The position numbers and the translations under genes are program-made. Shown piece after piece: positions 20,625-30,474 of a DNA stretch of 64,000 nucleotides; the first letter of the stretch is position 1; each line of letters begins with the position of its first letter. The DNA is from an uncultured Chloroflexia bacterium (GTDB lineage: Bacteria > Chloroflexota > Anaerolineae > Anaerolineales > UBA4823), in the NCBI GenBank assembly GCA_963705155.1, contig CAVPJC010000014.1, positions 136,705-200,704 on the forward strand, written 5' to 3'. Under the pieces are notes generated by a model. It saw only the letters and a program-made list of their open reading frames with translations. It was not told the origin of the DNA and did not search any database.

Positions 20625-21921
20625 ACGGATTAATCCATACTCCGAATTGAAGATTCTTGGGGTGATCATTTCGATATCGGTCATATTACGTCTCGTGGCC
20701 GCGGTCTGGATGGGTGATCAGGTGATTGAGCTGCCGGGTACAACGGACCAGATTTCTTATCATACCCTGGCACAACGGGTTTTAGCGGGAGAGGGTTTTA
20801 CATTTCCCCAGGCCTGGTGGCCTGCAACAGCCGCCGGCGCGCCGACAGCACACTGGAGTTTTTTGTACACTTTTTTTCTGGTGGCAGTTTATGCCATATT
20901 TGGTGTACATCCTTTAGCTGCCCGCCTGATTCAAGCGGTACTGGTTGGAATATTACATCCCTGGCTTGTGTACCTTCTTGGAAGGTCATATCTAGGTGAA
21001 AAGGTAGGGCTTATTGCCGCTGCTTTGACATCGATTTATATCTACTTTATTTATTACAACGCTGCCCTAATGACAGAGTCTTTATATATTACTGCTATTT
21101 TAAGTAGTCTCTTACTGACAGTAAAATTAAGTAGCAGAAATTTGGCTAAGAAAAGAATATTCGGAGGCGATCTTTGGCTGGGAATTTGGTTTGGAATTTC
21201 ATTAGGCGTGGTAGTTCTCATGCGACAGTTATTTTTGCTGCTCATTCCATTTCTATTTTTATGGTTATTGTGGGCAGGTGGATGGAAAAAACTATCACCG
21301 ATTATTTTCTCAACGATAATTCTGGTGGGAATGATCGCGCCGTTCACACTTTATAACTATGCGCGTTTCAACCGTTTTGTATTGTTGAACACTAACTCGG
21401 GTTTTGCGTTTTTCTGGGGTAATCACCCATCTTACGGATCCCACTTCATACCTATTCTTCCTGCTGAAGCATATGCCCTTATGATTCCCAAGGAATTGTT
21501 ATCATTGGATGAAGCCGCATTGGACCAGGCGCTTTTAAAAAGAGCACTGGGTTTTATTCAAGACGATCCAATCCGATATCTCGAGCTTTCGGTAAGTCGG
21601 ATACCCGCATATTTTAATTTTTGGCCGTCAAAAGGCAGTGGATTGGTGAGCAATATTTCCCGCGTTGGCAGCTTTGGCCTCGCACTGCCATTTTTTTTGT
21701 ACGGATTATTTTTGTCAATAAAAAAGAAGAATATGTTTGTCGATTTAGGTGTGTCCCAATCCAAAATTCGTTTCTTGCTGATTGGATTTGTTGTCATCTA
21801 TACAGGCATACATTTATTGATCTGGGCACTCGTCCGGTATCGTCTGCCTGTGGATGCTGTTTTAATAATATTCGCTGGATTGGCGTTGAATACTATTGTG
21901 GCTAGGTTTAATAGTAGATGA
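20611..21921 (+). CDS. GT-C fold (ArnT/PMT-like) membrane glycosyltransferase
   Basis: DQISYHTLA luminal Asp motif, LMTESL and RYRLP. Multiple TM helices. Confidence 0.8.
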   Translation: MMQVKRINPYSELKILGVIISISVILRLVAAVWMGDQVIELPGTTDQISYHTLAQRVLAGEGFTFPQAWWPATAAGAPTAHWSFLYTFFLVAVYAIFGVHPLAARLIQAVLVGILHPWLVYLLGRSYLGEKVGLIAAALTSIYIYFIYYNAALMTESLYITAILSSLLLTVKLSSRNLAKKRIFGGDLWLGIWFGISLGVVVLMRQLFLLLIPFLFLWLLWAGGWKKLSPIIFSTIILVGMIAPFTLYNYARFNRFVLLNTNSGFAFFWGNHPSYGSHFIPILPAEAYALMIPKELLSLDEAALDQALLKRALGFIQDDPIRYLELSVSRIPAYFNFWPSKGSGLVSNISRVGSFGLALPFFLYGLFLSIKKKNMFVDLGVSQSKIRFLLIGFVVIYTGIHLLIWALVRYRLPVDAVLIIFAGLALNTIVARFNSR

Positions 21922-23159
21922 ATATTTTATTTGTTGTACCTTATGTACCCAACCTGATCAGGACGCGATCGTATAATTTAATTCGATCGCTTCAACGAAT
22001 AGGTCATGAGGTCTCGGTTTATACTCTGTGGAGTGACGAGAGAGAAAAACAGGATGCTGACAAATTAAGCCATGAATGTCATGAGGTACACGCTCTCCAT
22101 TTACCGCGCATGCGATCGCTGATTAACAGCCTTGTGGCTTTACCAACAGGACTTCCTTTACAGGCGGTATACAGCTGGTTACCTATGCTAGCTAGCCAGC
22201 TCGAGAAAGCTATCAACCTGAGATCCGGCCGGCAATTTGATATTGTGCATGTTGAACACTTGCGAGGAGCACGGTACGGGATGTATTTAAAAGAAAAATT
22301 CCCGCATCTCCCCGTTATATGGGATAGCGTCGATTGCATCAGTTATTTGTTTGCACAGGCAGCCGGAAAGAGCCGGAGCCTATTTGGAAATGTTATCACA
22401 CGATTTGAGCTACCTCGTACACGGGCTTATGAGCGCATGCTACCAGGAAAGTTTGATCATGTCTTGATTACTTCGCCGATCGATCGTCAAGCCCTGTGGG
22501 ACTTGATGGATCACGACCGCATAAACGTTCCAATTTCCATCATTTCCAATGGAGTAGACTGGGAGTATTTTTCTCAACCATTTGAAATTCACCGAGATGA
22601 AGCCACAATTGTTTTCAGTGGCAAAATGAGCTATCACGCAAATATTACGATGGCTCTCTACCTTGTGGAGACGATAATGCCGTTAATCTGGCAGCGGAAA
22701 CCTGATATAAGGCTGTATATTGTGGGTAAAGACCCTCCGCCTAGTATCCTACACCTTGGTATCGACCCGCGGGTAATTGTGACCGGGACTGTGGATGATC
22801 TGCGTCCATATCTCAAGCGAGCCTCAGCAGCAGTCGTTCCATTACTTTATGGGGCAGGTTCACAGGTAAAGGTTTTGGAAGCGATGGCTTGCGGGACCCC
22901 AGTTGTTGTTACTCCTAGGGCAATTGCTGCTTTGCAGGTGGTTCCGGGAAGGGATGTTTTAGTTGCCAGTCAGCCTGAAGATTTTAGCCAATATATCGTG
23001 GAATTGGTGGAGAATCCAAGCATGCGGGAGCGGGTTGGCCAGGCTGGGAAAAAATACGTCGAAGAAAATCATCGCTGGTCTGCAATCGCTACAAAGTTGG
23101 ATCAGATTTATGTCTCGACCAAAAACCAACTTATAGCAAAAAATCCTCAGAAAAACTAA
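21918..23159 (+). CDS. Glycosyltransferase family 4
   Basis: FSGKMSYHAN and GAGSQVKVLEAMACGTPVV motifs. Confidence 0.9.
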   Translation: MNILFVVPYVPNLIRTRSYNLIRSLQRIGHEVSVYTLWSDEREKQDADKLSHECHEVHALHLPRMRSLINSLVALPTGLPLQAVYSWLPMLASQLEKAINLRSGRQFDIVHVEHLRGARYGMYLKEKFPHLPVIWDSVDCISYLFAQAAGKSRSLFGNVITRFELPRTRAYERMLPGKFDHVLITSPIDRQALWDLMDHDRINVPISIISNGVDWEYFSQPFEIHRDEATIVFSGKMSYHANITMALYLVETIMPLIWQRKPDIRLYIVGKDPPPSILHLGIDPRVIVTGTVDDLRPYLKRASAAVVPLLYGAGSQVKVLEAMACGTPVVVTPRAIAALQVVPGRDVLVASQPEDFSQYIVELVENPSMRERVGQAGKKYVEENHRWSAIATKLDQIYVSTKNQLIAKNPQKN

Positions 23160-23320
23160 TAGTTTTGTTTGGGGAGTCGCATATCTGAGGAATTGCTGGT
23201 ATTATCGGTATTATATTTATACGATAACGCAATTATAGTTTAACCAAATAACCGCGGAGAGAATGACAGCCCGTTGAATCATCTGGGATAGTATGGATTT
23301 ACCCACGGAGGGATTTCAGG

Positions 23321-24832
23321 ATGAAGATCGTTGGTCCAGGGATGGACAGTTTTATTCGAGATGTGGGAGCGGTCAAAACCAGCAGAAAGGCTAAAAGCCT
23401 GCCTCATAAAATTCTCTGGTCAGTCTACTATTTACTCCTGATTGGTAATGACATGCTCATGACGATGGTGGGTTTTGGGCTTGCGTATCATGTTCGTTTT
23501 AACTTGAACATCGCTATATTTCAGCAAGATGCAATCTATTCGCAGCCCTATTATTCGAGTCTCACCTTTGTGTTGGTGCCGGTTTGGTTGATTATATTTG
23601 CGTCAATCGGTTTGTACAACCGGCAGTATCTGCTGGGTGGAACGGATGAATATGCATTAGTGGCAAGGGCAACCACGGCCGGATTGATGGTTCTCATAAT
23701 TTTTGGTTTCTTGAAGCCGGAATTTATTATTGCTCGTGGTTGGCTTTTCTTGGCGTGGTTTTTTTCGTTTTTATTCGTGACCAGTGGAAGATTTACACTG
23801 AGACGAGTTGTATATTTTGGTCGTACCTACGGATATTTTTCTGCAGCAACCGTGATTGTTGGCGCCAATGATGAGGGAATTTCCTTAGCAAGGCAGTTGA
23901 GTAGCTGGAAAACCTCAGGTTTACGTTTGATTGGTTTTGTCGATAAAAAATTAAAACCCGGCACTCTGGTATTGGGTGGACTACGAGTGTTAGGCTCAAC
24001 AGATGATCTGGACGAAATCGTCGAGCATTATGGAGTTGAAGAGATTGTGCTTGCATCCAGTGCAATATCGACACACGATAAACTACTTGATGTTTTTCAG
24101 CAGTATGGGGTCGATAGTGATATCAATGTTCGTATGTCATCGGGATTGTATGAAATCATCACCACTGGTTTAACTGTAAAAGAGTTTGCATATGTACCTC
24201 TGGTCGGAGTCAACAAGGTACGCCTTACCGGAACAAATCAGGTGATCAAGTTTTTGTTGGATTATTTGCTAACCATCCCCGGTATGATCGTCTTGTTGCC
24301 AGTATTAGCACTCATAGCCCTGGCTATCCGGCTGGATTCTCCGGGGCCTATCGTGTTCCGAAGACGCGTGATGGGGGTAAACGGAAGGCAATTTGACGCC
24401 TTCAAATTCCGAACGATGTACACCAATGGAGACGAGATTTTATCCAGGCACCCGAAATTGAAGAGCGAATTGGAAACGAGTTATAAAATCAAAAATGATC
24501 CACGCGTAACCAGGGTTGGGAAATGGTTGCGTAGATTTAGTTTGGATGAACTGCCCCAGTTGATTAATGTCCTGAAAGGCGAGATGTCGCTGGTTGGGCC
24601 ACGGATGATCTCACCGCAGGAGATGGCAGTATATCGTCAATGGGGGATGAATTTACTCACTGTGAAACCCGGTCTCACAGGTTTGTGGCAAGTGAGCGGA
24701 AGGTCAGACGTATCCTATGCAGAGCGTGTCCGCCTGGATATGCACTATATTAGAAATTATAGTCCCTGGTTAGATTTTCAAATCATTCTACGGACGATAC
24801 CTGTGTTTATTTACGGGCACGGAGCATATTGA
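23321..24832 (+). CDS. Priming polyprenyl-phosphate glycosylphosphotransferase (WcaJ/CpsE type)
   Basis: N-terminal TMs and a CoA-binding-like domain. FKFRTM, DPRVTRVG..LDELPQL, SLVGPR and KPGLTGLWQVSGRS motifs. Confidence 0.93.
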   Translation: MKIVGPGMDSFIRDVGAVKTSRKAKSLPHKILWSVYYLLLIGNDMLMTMVGFGLAYHVRFNLNIAIFQQDAIYSQPYYSSLTFVLVPVWLIIFASIGLYNRQYLLGGTDEYALVARATTAGLMVLIIFGFLKPEFIIARGWLFLAWFFSFLFVTSGRFTLRRVVYFGRTYGYFSAATVIVGANDEGISLARQLSSWKTSGLRLIGFVDKKLKPGTLVLGGLRVLGSTDDLDEIVEHYGVEEIVLASSAISTHDKLLDVFQQYGVDSDINVRMSSGLYEIITTGLTVKEFAYVPLVGVNKVRLTGTNQVIKFLLDYLLTIPGMIVLLPVLALIALAIRLDSPGPIVFRRRVMGVNGRQFDAFKFRTMYTNGDEILSRHPKLKSELETSYKIKNDPRVTRVGKWLRRFSLDELPQLINVLKGEMSLVGPRMISPQEMAVYRQWGMNLLTVKPGLTGLWQVSGRSDVSYAERVRLDMHYIRNYSPWLDFQIILRTIPVFIYGHGAY

Positions 24833-24920
24833 GTTTGCACAAATACTGTCAGGTTGTTCTGCTGGTTTTGCCTTTATAATTGGTGTTAGTAGCTCTTCTT
24901 TTTGTGATATTTGTATTGGT

Positions 24921-26097
24921 GTGGAGGAGAATATGCAACACATTCTGGAGTATATCTCGGATCTAACAACGATCCTGGATAAACTGCCAGCTGTTCAAAT
25001 TGAGATGGTAATCGCCGCTCTTCATGAGGCGCGCCTCAATGGAAGGCAAATATTTCTCATGGGAAATGGAGAAAGTGCGTCCATTGCCAACAGCTTTAGT
25101 TATGATCTGGGAAAAAATACCCGCCTGGCAGGTCTGCCAGGCATCAAGGTTATCGATCTTTCAGATAAAGCTGCCCATTATTCCGGGTACGCCAATGATG
25201 AAAGCCTGGATATGGTGTTTGCAGCCCAACTTGACACATTGCTCAACCGTGGAGATATTGTTATAGGATTCAGTATCGCAGGGGATGAAGTAAATGTAAC
25301 ACGGGCAATTGAATTGGCAAACCGCCGGGGAGTAAAAACAATCAGCTTTACCGGAGGAGATGGCGGACGGCTGGGATCTATTGCTGACATCAATCTGTGT
25401 GTGCCTGCCTCAACTGCTGAATTCGTGCATGACATCCACCATATCGTTTGCCATATCATCACCAGGTCGCTCCGGGAGAATGCTCGCCAGGCCAAAGCGG
25501 CCAATCAATTGGAAAAACTATACCCGGAATCTGGTTCAGGTGCACAGACAAAAAAAACACATCGGACCGAATTATCGCAGGTTGTCGAAAATCGGATATC
25601 AGAGAGATCGCGCAATTCGTTAGAGTTGTTTTCTTCCATCAGTCGCGAACTGGCGTTAGAGTTAGATCTGGGCGAGCTGCTACGACGTGTGTTAAAACTG
25701 ACGCTGATTTAATCTAAAAGCCACCAGTGGTAGTATCCTGGTATTGAATGAAAGCGGGCAGGTTGTAGAAAGTGCTTTAGCGTATAATGGAGACGTCCAT
25801 GAAATTGTTGGTGGGCAAATCGCAGAAATTGTGGAGAAAGGTCTGGCAGGGTGGGTTGTTCAAAATCGGAAGGCTGCGCTCATTTATAATACTCGGGATG
25901 ATCCACGCTGGTTACCCAGATCCTGGGATCGAGAGGGGAAGTCCCGGTCGGCTGTTAGCGTTCCACTGATTGAAAATGATAAGGTTATCGGTGTCTTGAC
26001 CCTGGTGAATTCTCAGGGTGGTAGGTTCACTGAAGAAGATCTTTCCCTTCTCATTACTATTGCTGTCTTTATTTCACTTGTAAATTATTCAATCTGA
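24921..26097 (+). CDS. SIS (GmhA-like, degenerate) plus GAF domain fusion; frameshift ~25710
   Basis: GmhA-like N-half (MGNGESA, ANDE..VFAAQL, FTGGDGG). The GAF domain (ELDLGELL..GLAGWV..DPRW..SAVSVPL..GVL..FTEED) spans the frameshift. Confidence 0.75.
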
Positions 26098-26107
26098 AAG
26101 AAAAACT

Positions 26108-27748
26108 ATGGATATAAGTACTTATTTACGACCGTTGTTGAAGTGGTGGTGGTTACTATTAATCGCTACCCTCATCGCCGCGATATCAAGCTATCTGGTA
26201 ACCAGCCAACAACCACCAATTTTTCAATCACGCGCTACACTGGTGAGCGGACGGGCTGTTTACGAAGCGAATCCAACTGGAAATGACCTATACCTTAATC
26301 AGCAGCTGGCCGCTTTTTATGCTGATATGGCTCGTAGGGAACCAGTTCGGAATGCCACCTTGCAAGCCCTGGGGCTACAGCAACTACCCGATTACACCGC
26401 GACTGTGTTACCAGACAGCCAATTAATCGAGATTGTTGTTTCGGACACTGATCCTGGACGAGCTCAGGCGGTAGCGAATGAGCTAGCCAACCAGCTGGTG
26501 AAAAAAACACCGATTAATGATCAAGATAGCGCCCGCCAGGCATTCATTCAAGAACAATTAAACCAATTGCAGAACAGGATTAATGAAACCCAAGACGAGA
26601 TTGCCGCCAAACAGAACGAGATGGCAAAACTTGTCAGCGCACGTCAAATATCGGATATCCAACAAGAAATTGCTGCACTAGAAGAGAAATTATCCTCGTT
26701 CCGGCTGAATTATTCCAACCTTTTATCAAATTCTGATCGGGGAGCTACGAATACTCTTACAGTCCTTGAAACGGCTGACAGACCCAGGATACCGATCGGA
26801 CCGAATCGATTAATAACGGTATTACTATCGGGTGCAATCGCCCTTGCACTTGCGGGCGCGGCAGCCTATTTAATGGAATACCTGGATGACACTGTCAAAA
26901 CACCGGATGAAATTACTCGACTGCTGGATATCCCCGTCATCGGTTTTGTGTCAGAGATGGGTAAAGACCTGTTGGATGATGGATCCATCGCCAAACAGCC
27001 TCGCTCAGTGGTGGCTGAGGAATTCCGAGGTTTGCGGACAGACCTGGAATTTGCAGGTGTAGACCGGCCATTAAAGACTATTCTTGTGACCAGTTCTGGG
27101 GTATCCGCTGGAAAGACAACCATTGCAATAAATCTGGCGATTGTGATGGCGCAAAGTGGAAAACGGGTGATCCTGGTTGATGCCGATCTCCGTAGACCCA
27201 TGGTTCACAAATATCTTGATCTGCCCAATCAGAAAGGTATGTGTGATGTATTCCGTGGCGGTTTGGATGTTTATAATGCCGCAATCCATTGGAAAGAAGG
27301 AAACATATTTGTCATTCCGAGTGGTGGTGTTCCACCCAATCCAACGGAACTCCTGGGTTCCAAGAAAATGGATCAGATTCTGGATAGCCTGGAACGGACT
27401 GCAGATGTGGTTATTCTGGATGCACCACCACTTATGGTCACTGATTTAACGATTTTGGCTTCCAAAGTCGATGGTATCTTGCTCGTCGTGCGCCACGGTT
27501 TCACACGCCGCCCTGAAATCGTATCTGCAGTTAAGCGTCTAACGCGTGCAGATGTTCGTGTGGTTGGCTCAGTGTTAAACCGGATTCCACGCGCTGGCAT
27601 GGAATATGGGGGTTTATATCGATACTACAATACTTATCTGGAAGAGGGTGAAAAACCGGCACCGGGAAAAAATGGAAAATCAAAACTGGCAGGTTTATTG
27701 GGTCGTCGCGAGAAGACAGTTGATGTAGAACCGAAGAAGTCCGGATAG
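26108..27748 (+). CDS. Polysaccharide co-polymerase/tyrosine autokinase (Wzz-Wzc/CpsCD fusion)
   Basis: Wzz N-terminus and coiled coil. EEFRGLRT, GKTT Walker A, DADLRRP, DAPP and a C-terminal Tyr cluster YGGLYRYYNTY. Confidence 0.92.
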   Translation: MDISTYLRPLLKWWWLLLIATLIAAISSYLVTSQQPPIFQSRATLVSGRAVYEANPTGNDLYLNQQLAAFYADMARREPVRNATLQALGLQQLPDYTATVLPDSQLIEIVVSDTDPGRAQAVANELANQLVKKTPINDQDSARQAFIQEQLNQLQNRINETQDEIAAKQNEMAKLVSARQISDIQQEIAALEEKLSSFRLNYSNLLSNSDRGATNTLTVLETADRPRIPIGPNRLITVLLSGAIALALAGAAAYLMEYLDDTVKTPDEITRLLDIPVIGFVSEMGKDLLDDGSIAKQPRSVVAEEFRGLRTDLEFAGVDRPLKTILVTSSGVSAGKTTIAINLAIVMAQSGKRVILVDADLRRPMVHKYLDLPNQKGMCDVFRGGLDVYNAAIHWKEGNIFVIPSGGVPPNPTELLGSKKMDQILDSLERTADVVILDAPPLMVTDLTILASKVDGILLVVRHGFTRRPEIVSAVKRLTRADVRVVGSVLNRIPRAGMEYGGLYRYYNTYLEEGEKPAPGKNGKSKLAGLLGRREKTVDVEPKKSG

Positions 27749-27920
27749 TCCAATGCCAAACAGAAGCACGTAATTATCTGGTGGCAGCAACCTGTGTGCT
27801 CCAACAACGTAGAATGTCGCGTGGATGCAAGTTACACAATTGCAGAAGTATGCAAGACCTGAGGAGGTAACCCAGGTAATTGAACTGGCAGGAGATAATG
27901 AAGCGCCTCAGTTACACCGA

Positions 27921-27939
27921 TTAACCTTTTAAAGGTTAA
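27921..27939. promoter_or_regulatory. 19-bp palindrome, candidate operator
   Basis: TTAACCTTT-T-AAAGGTTAA is a perfect inverted repeat ending 4 bp upstream of the -35 box. Confidence 0.5.
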
Positions 27940-27943
27940 CTCC

Positions 27944-27972
27944 TTGACAAACACTGGATCGACGTGTACAAT
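27944..27972 (+). promoter_or_regulatory. Sigma70-type promoter of the aro operon
   Basis: TTGACA (27944-27949), 17-bp spacer, TACAAT (27967-27972). Confidence 0.85.
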
Positions 27973-28006
27973 CCTGCTCAATTAGTTGGGATCTGGTTAA
28001 GAAATC

Positions 28007-28084
28007 ATGACTCACTCCTCTTTTTTCTATTTTGCCTGGGTTTATTACGGCTACCGAAATTCGGCAGCCGTTGCCGGCGCTTAA
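28007..28084 (+). CDS. Aromatic amino acid attenuator leader peptide MTHSSFFYFAWVYYGYRNSAAVAGA
   Basis: 25-codon uORF between the promoter and the terminator. 8 of 11 consecutive codons are Phe, Tyr or Trp. Confidence 0.85.
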   Translation: MTHSSFFYFAWVYYGYRNSAAVAGA

Positions 28085-28111
28085 GCGGGAGTAGAGAATT
28101 TTCACACCCAC

Positions 28112-28144
28112 AACGCGAGGCCAACGGCCTCGCGTTTTCATTTT
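28112..28144 (+). terminator. Attenuator (3:4) intrinsic terminator
   Basis: AACGCGAGGCC-AAC-GGCCTCGCGTT followed by TTCATTTT, just upstream of the first aro gene. Confidence 0.88.
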
Positions 28145-28160
28145 AGACTGGAAGGTGCTT

Positions 28161-28550
28161 ATGACCGTGAGAGGTATACGCGGAGCAACGGTAGCTATTG
28201 AAGATCACGGATCGGCAATTTTGGGTGCTACCCGGGATCTTTTGCAAGCGATATTGGCCGCTAACCCGGTACATCCCGATGATATTGCCAGCGTTTTCTT
28301 TACAGTCACCGAAGACATCAGTTCGACCTATCCGGCGCTGGCGGCGCGAGAGCTGGGTTGGCAAAACGTTCCGTTATTATGTTCGCGCGAAATTCCGGTT
28401 CCTGGCAGCCTTCCATTATGTATCCGTGTGTTAATCCATTGGAATACCGACTTACCCCAAAAAGCCATTCAACACGTTTACCTAGGTGAGGCTGCAATAT
28501 TAAGACCGGATTTAACCCCAGACAAATCTCAGATCGAATTGGAGGATTGA
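28161..28550 (+). CDS. aroH: Chorismate mutase, AroH (Bacillus) type
   Basis: VRGIRGAT, FTVTED, YPALAAR, CIRVL and HVYLGEAAILRPDL motifs. Confidence 0.93.
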   Translation: MTVRGIRGATVAIEDHGSAILGATRDLLQAILAANPVHPDDIASVFFTVTEDISSTYPALAARELGWQNVPLLCSREIPVPGSLPLCIRVLIHWNTDLPQKAIQHVYLGEAAILRPDLTPDKSQIELED

Positions 28551-28553
28551 GCC

Positions 28554-29605
28554 ATGATGATTGTAATGCGTGCCAATGCTACAGACGAACAGATTACCCA
28601 TGTAGTGGAAGTGGTAAAAGGATTGGGCTTGCGCGCTCATTTATCGAAGGGCGCCGAGCGAACCGTCATTGGGGCTATTGGTGATGGTCGCCCGATTCAA
28701 AAGGATCAGTTTTTCTTCCTGCCTGGAGTGGATCGAGTTGTTCCAATCTCGCGTCCTTTAAGATCACATCGCGTGAATTCAAACCGGATAGTACGATCTT
28801 TACCCTGGATGGTGTGAGTATAGGCGGGGATGAAATTGTTATCATCGCTGGACCATGCTCTGTCGAAAACCGTACGCAGCTACTTGAGACGGCACATGCT
28901 GTTCGTGAAGCGGGCGCCCATGCATTGCGCGGTGGAGCATTCAAACCACGCACCTCGCCGTACTCCTTCCAGGGTCTCGGTGAAGAAGGTCTGGAATATC
29001 TGGCGGAAGCGCGTGAGCAGACCGGCCTGCCAATTATTACTGAAGTGATGTCGCCAGATCAGATCCCACTTTTGTTAAAATATGCAGACGTACTGCAGGT
29101 CGGCGCCCGCAATATGCAAAATTATTCACTGCTCCACGCGGTCGGCGCCAGCCAGCAGCCAGTACTTTTGAAACGCGGTATGTCTGCCACTATTGAGGAA
29201 TTGTTGATGGCTGCCGAATACATCCTATCGCACGGCAACCGACGGGTTATTCTGTGTGAACGCGGCATCCGTACCTTCGAGACAGCCACACGGAATACAA
29301 CGGATATCAACGCTGTGCCAGTATTAAAATCGCTTACACATTTACCGGTTATCCTGGATCCCAGCCACAGCACGGGTAATTATGAGTATGTGAACGCGAT
29401 CGCGCGGGCGGGCATTGCTGCTGGCGCGGATGGTTTGATCGTTGAGGTACATATCGATCCGGGAAGCGCGTTGTCGGATGGCGGGCAATCTCTCAAGCCT
29501 GAACGTTTCGCTCAGATGGTGACACAGGTCAGCGCTATCGCCCAGGCTGTGGGTAGATCGCTGGCGCCAGCCCGGCATAAAAGTTCACCTGGCGCAGCAT
29601 TATGA
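28554..29605 (+). CDS. aroF: DAHP synthase class I-beta with N-terminal ferredoxin-like regulatory domain; frameshift ~28758
   Basis: [13 protein letters not shown]-terminal domain, then [27 protein letters not shown] and DPSH. Confidence 0.92.
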
Positions 29606-30474
29606 ACGATCCTGATTTTTTTAGCAGCTCCAGGGTTGGTATCCTGGGGCTGGGATTGATGGGAGGCTCTCTGGCGCTGGCGCTGCGCGGCAAATGCCGC
29701 CAATTGTATGCCTATGACCCTGATCCAGTTACGATCTCTCTTGCAGGCAGGATGGATGCTGTTGATCGACTTTCGCTCGATCTCGCTGAAATCATCCCAA
29801 TGGCCGATGTTCTTATCCTGGCAGCCCCGGTGAAGGGCATCCTGGATCTAATTGAACAATTACCACAACTGCACCCGGGTGCGCCTGTGGTTCTGGATAT
29901 CGGTTCAACCAAGACCCAGGTGTGCCAGATGCTCGCCCAGCTTCCCGAGAGATTTCATGCGGTTGGCGGGCATCCCATGTGTGGCCTTGCCGCGACCGGT
30001 CTGGCTTATGCCAGGTCTGATCTTTTTCGAGGCGCGATATTTGCTTTCACACCGGTGCCAAACACAACCGATCTGGCAAGGCTAACGGCCGAGGCACTGG
30101 CGGAACTTATTGGGGCAAAATCCTTTTGGCTGGATGCCGACACCCATGATGAATGGGTAGCAGCCACCAGCCACATACCGTATTTACTTTCGCTGGCATT
30201 GACGTTGGCCACACCTGTGGAAGCTCGCCCTCTGGTTGGACCCGGGTTTTTATCCAGCTCGCGATTGGCAGGCAGCTCGACTGCTATGATGGCAGATATT
30301 TTGAGGACCAATACACAAAATATCTGCCAAGCATTGGGGCGTTTTCAGGAACAGATGGCAGCAATCAAAGCTTTGTTGGAAGCGGATGGAGTAGATCGCC
30401 TGGCCCAGTTAATGAGCGAAGGGGCTGCCCGGCGTGCTTTCCTGGCGGGCGATCAAATGGGACAAACACCATGA
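29602..30474 (+). CDS. tyrA: Prephenate/arogenate dehydrogenase
   Basis: [21 protein letters not shown] and [12 protein letters not shown] motifs. Confidence 0.9.
   Translation: MNDPDFFSSSRVGILGLGLMGGSLALALRGKCRQLYAYDPDPVTISLAGRMDAVDRLSLDLAEIIPMADVLILAAPVKGILDLIEQLPQLHPGAPVVLDIGSTKTQVCQMLAQLPERFHAVGGHPMCGLAATGLAYARSDLFRGAIFAFTPVPNTTDLARLTAEALAELIGAKSFWLDADTHDEWVAATSHIPYLLSLALTLATPVEARPLVGPGFLSSSRLAGSSTAMMADILRTNTQNICQALGRFQEQMAAIKALLEADGVDRLAQLMSEGAARRAFLAGDQMGQTP

Noticed and set aside
27750-28150. T-box or metabolite riboswitch upstream of the aro operon
   Set aside because: No T-box consensus (GGTGGNACCGCG) was seen and the leader is too short. The leader-peptide model fits better.
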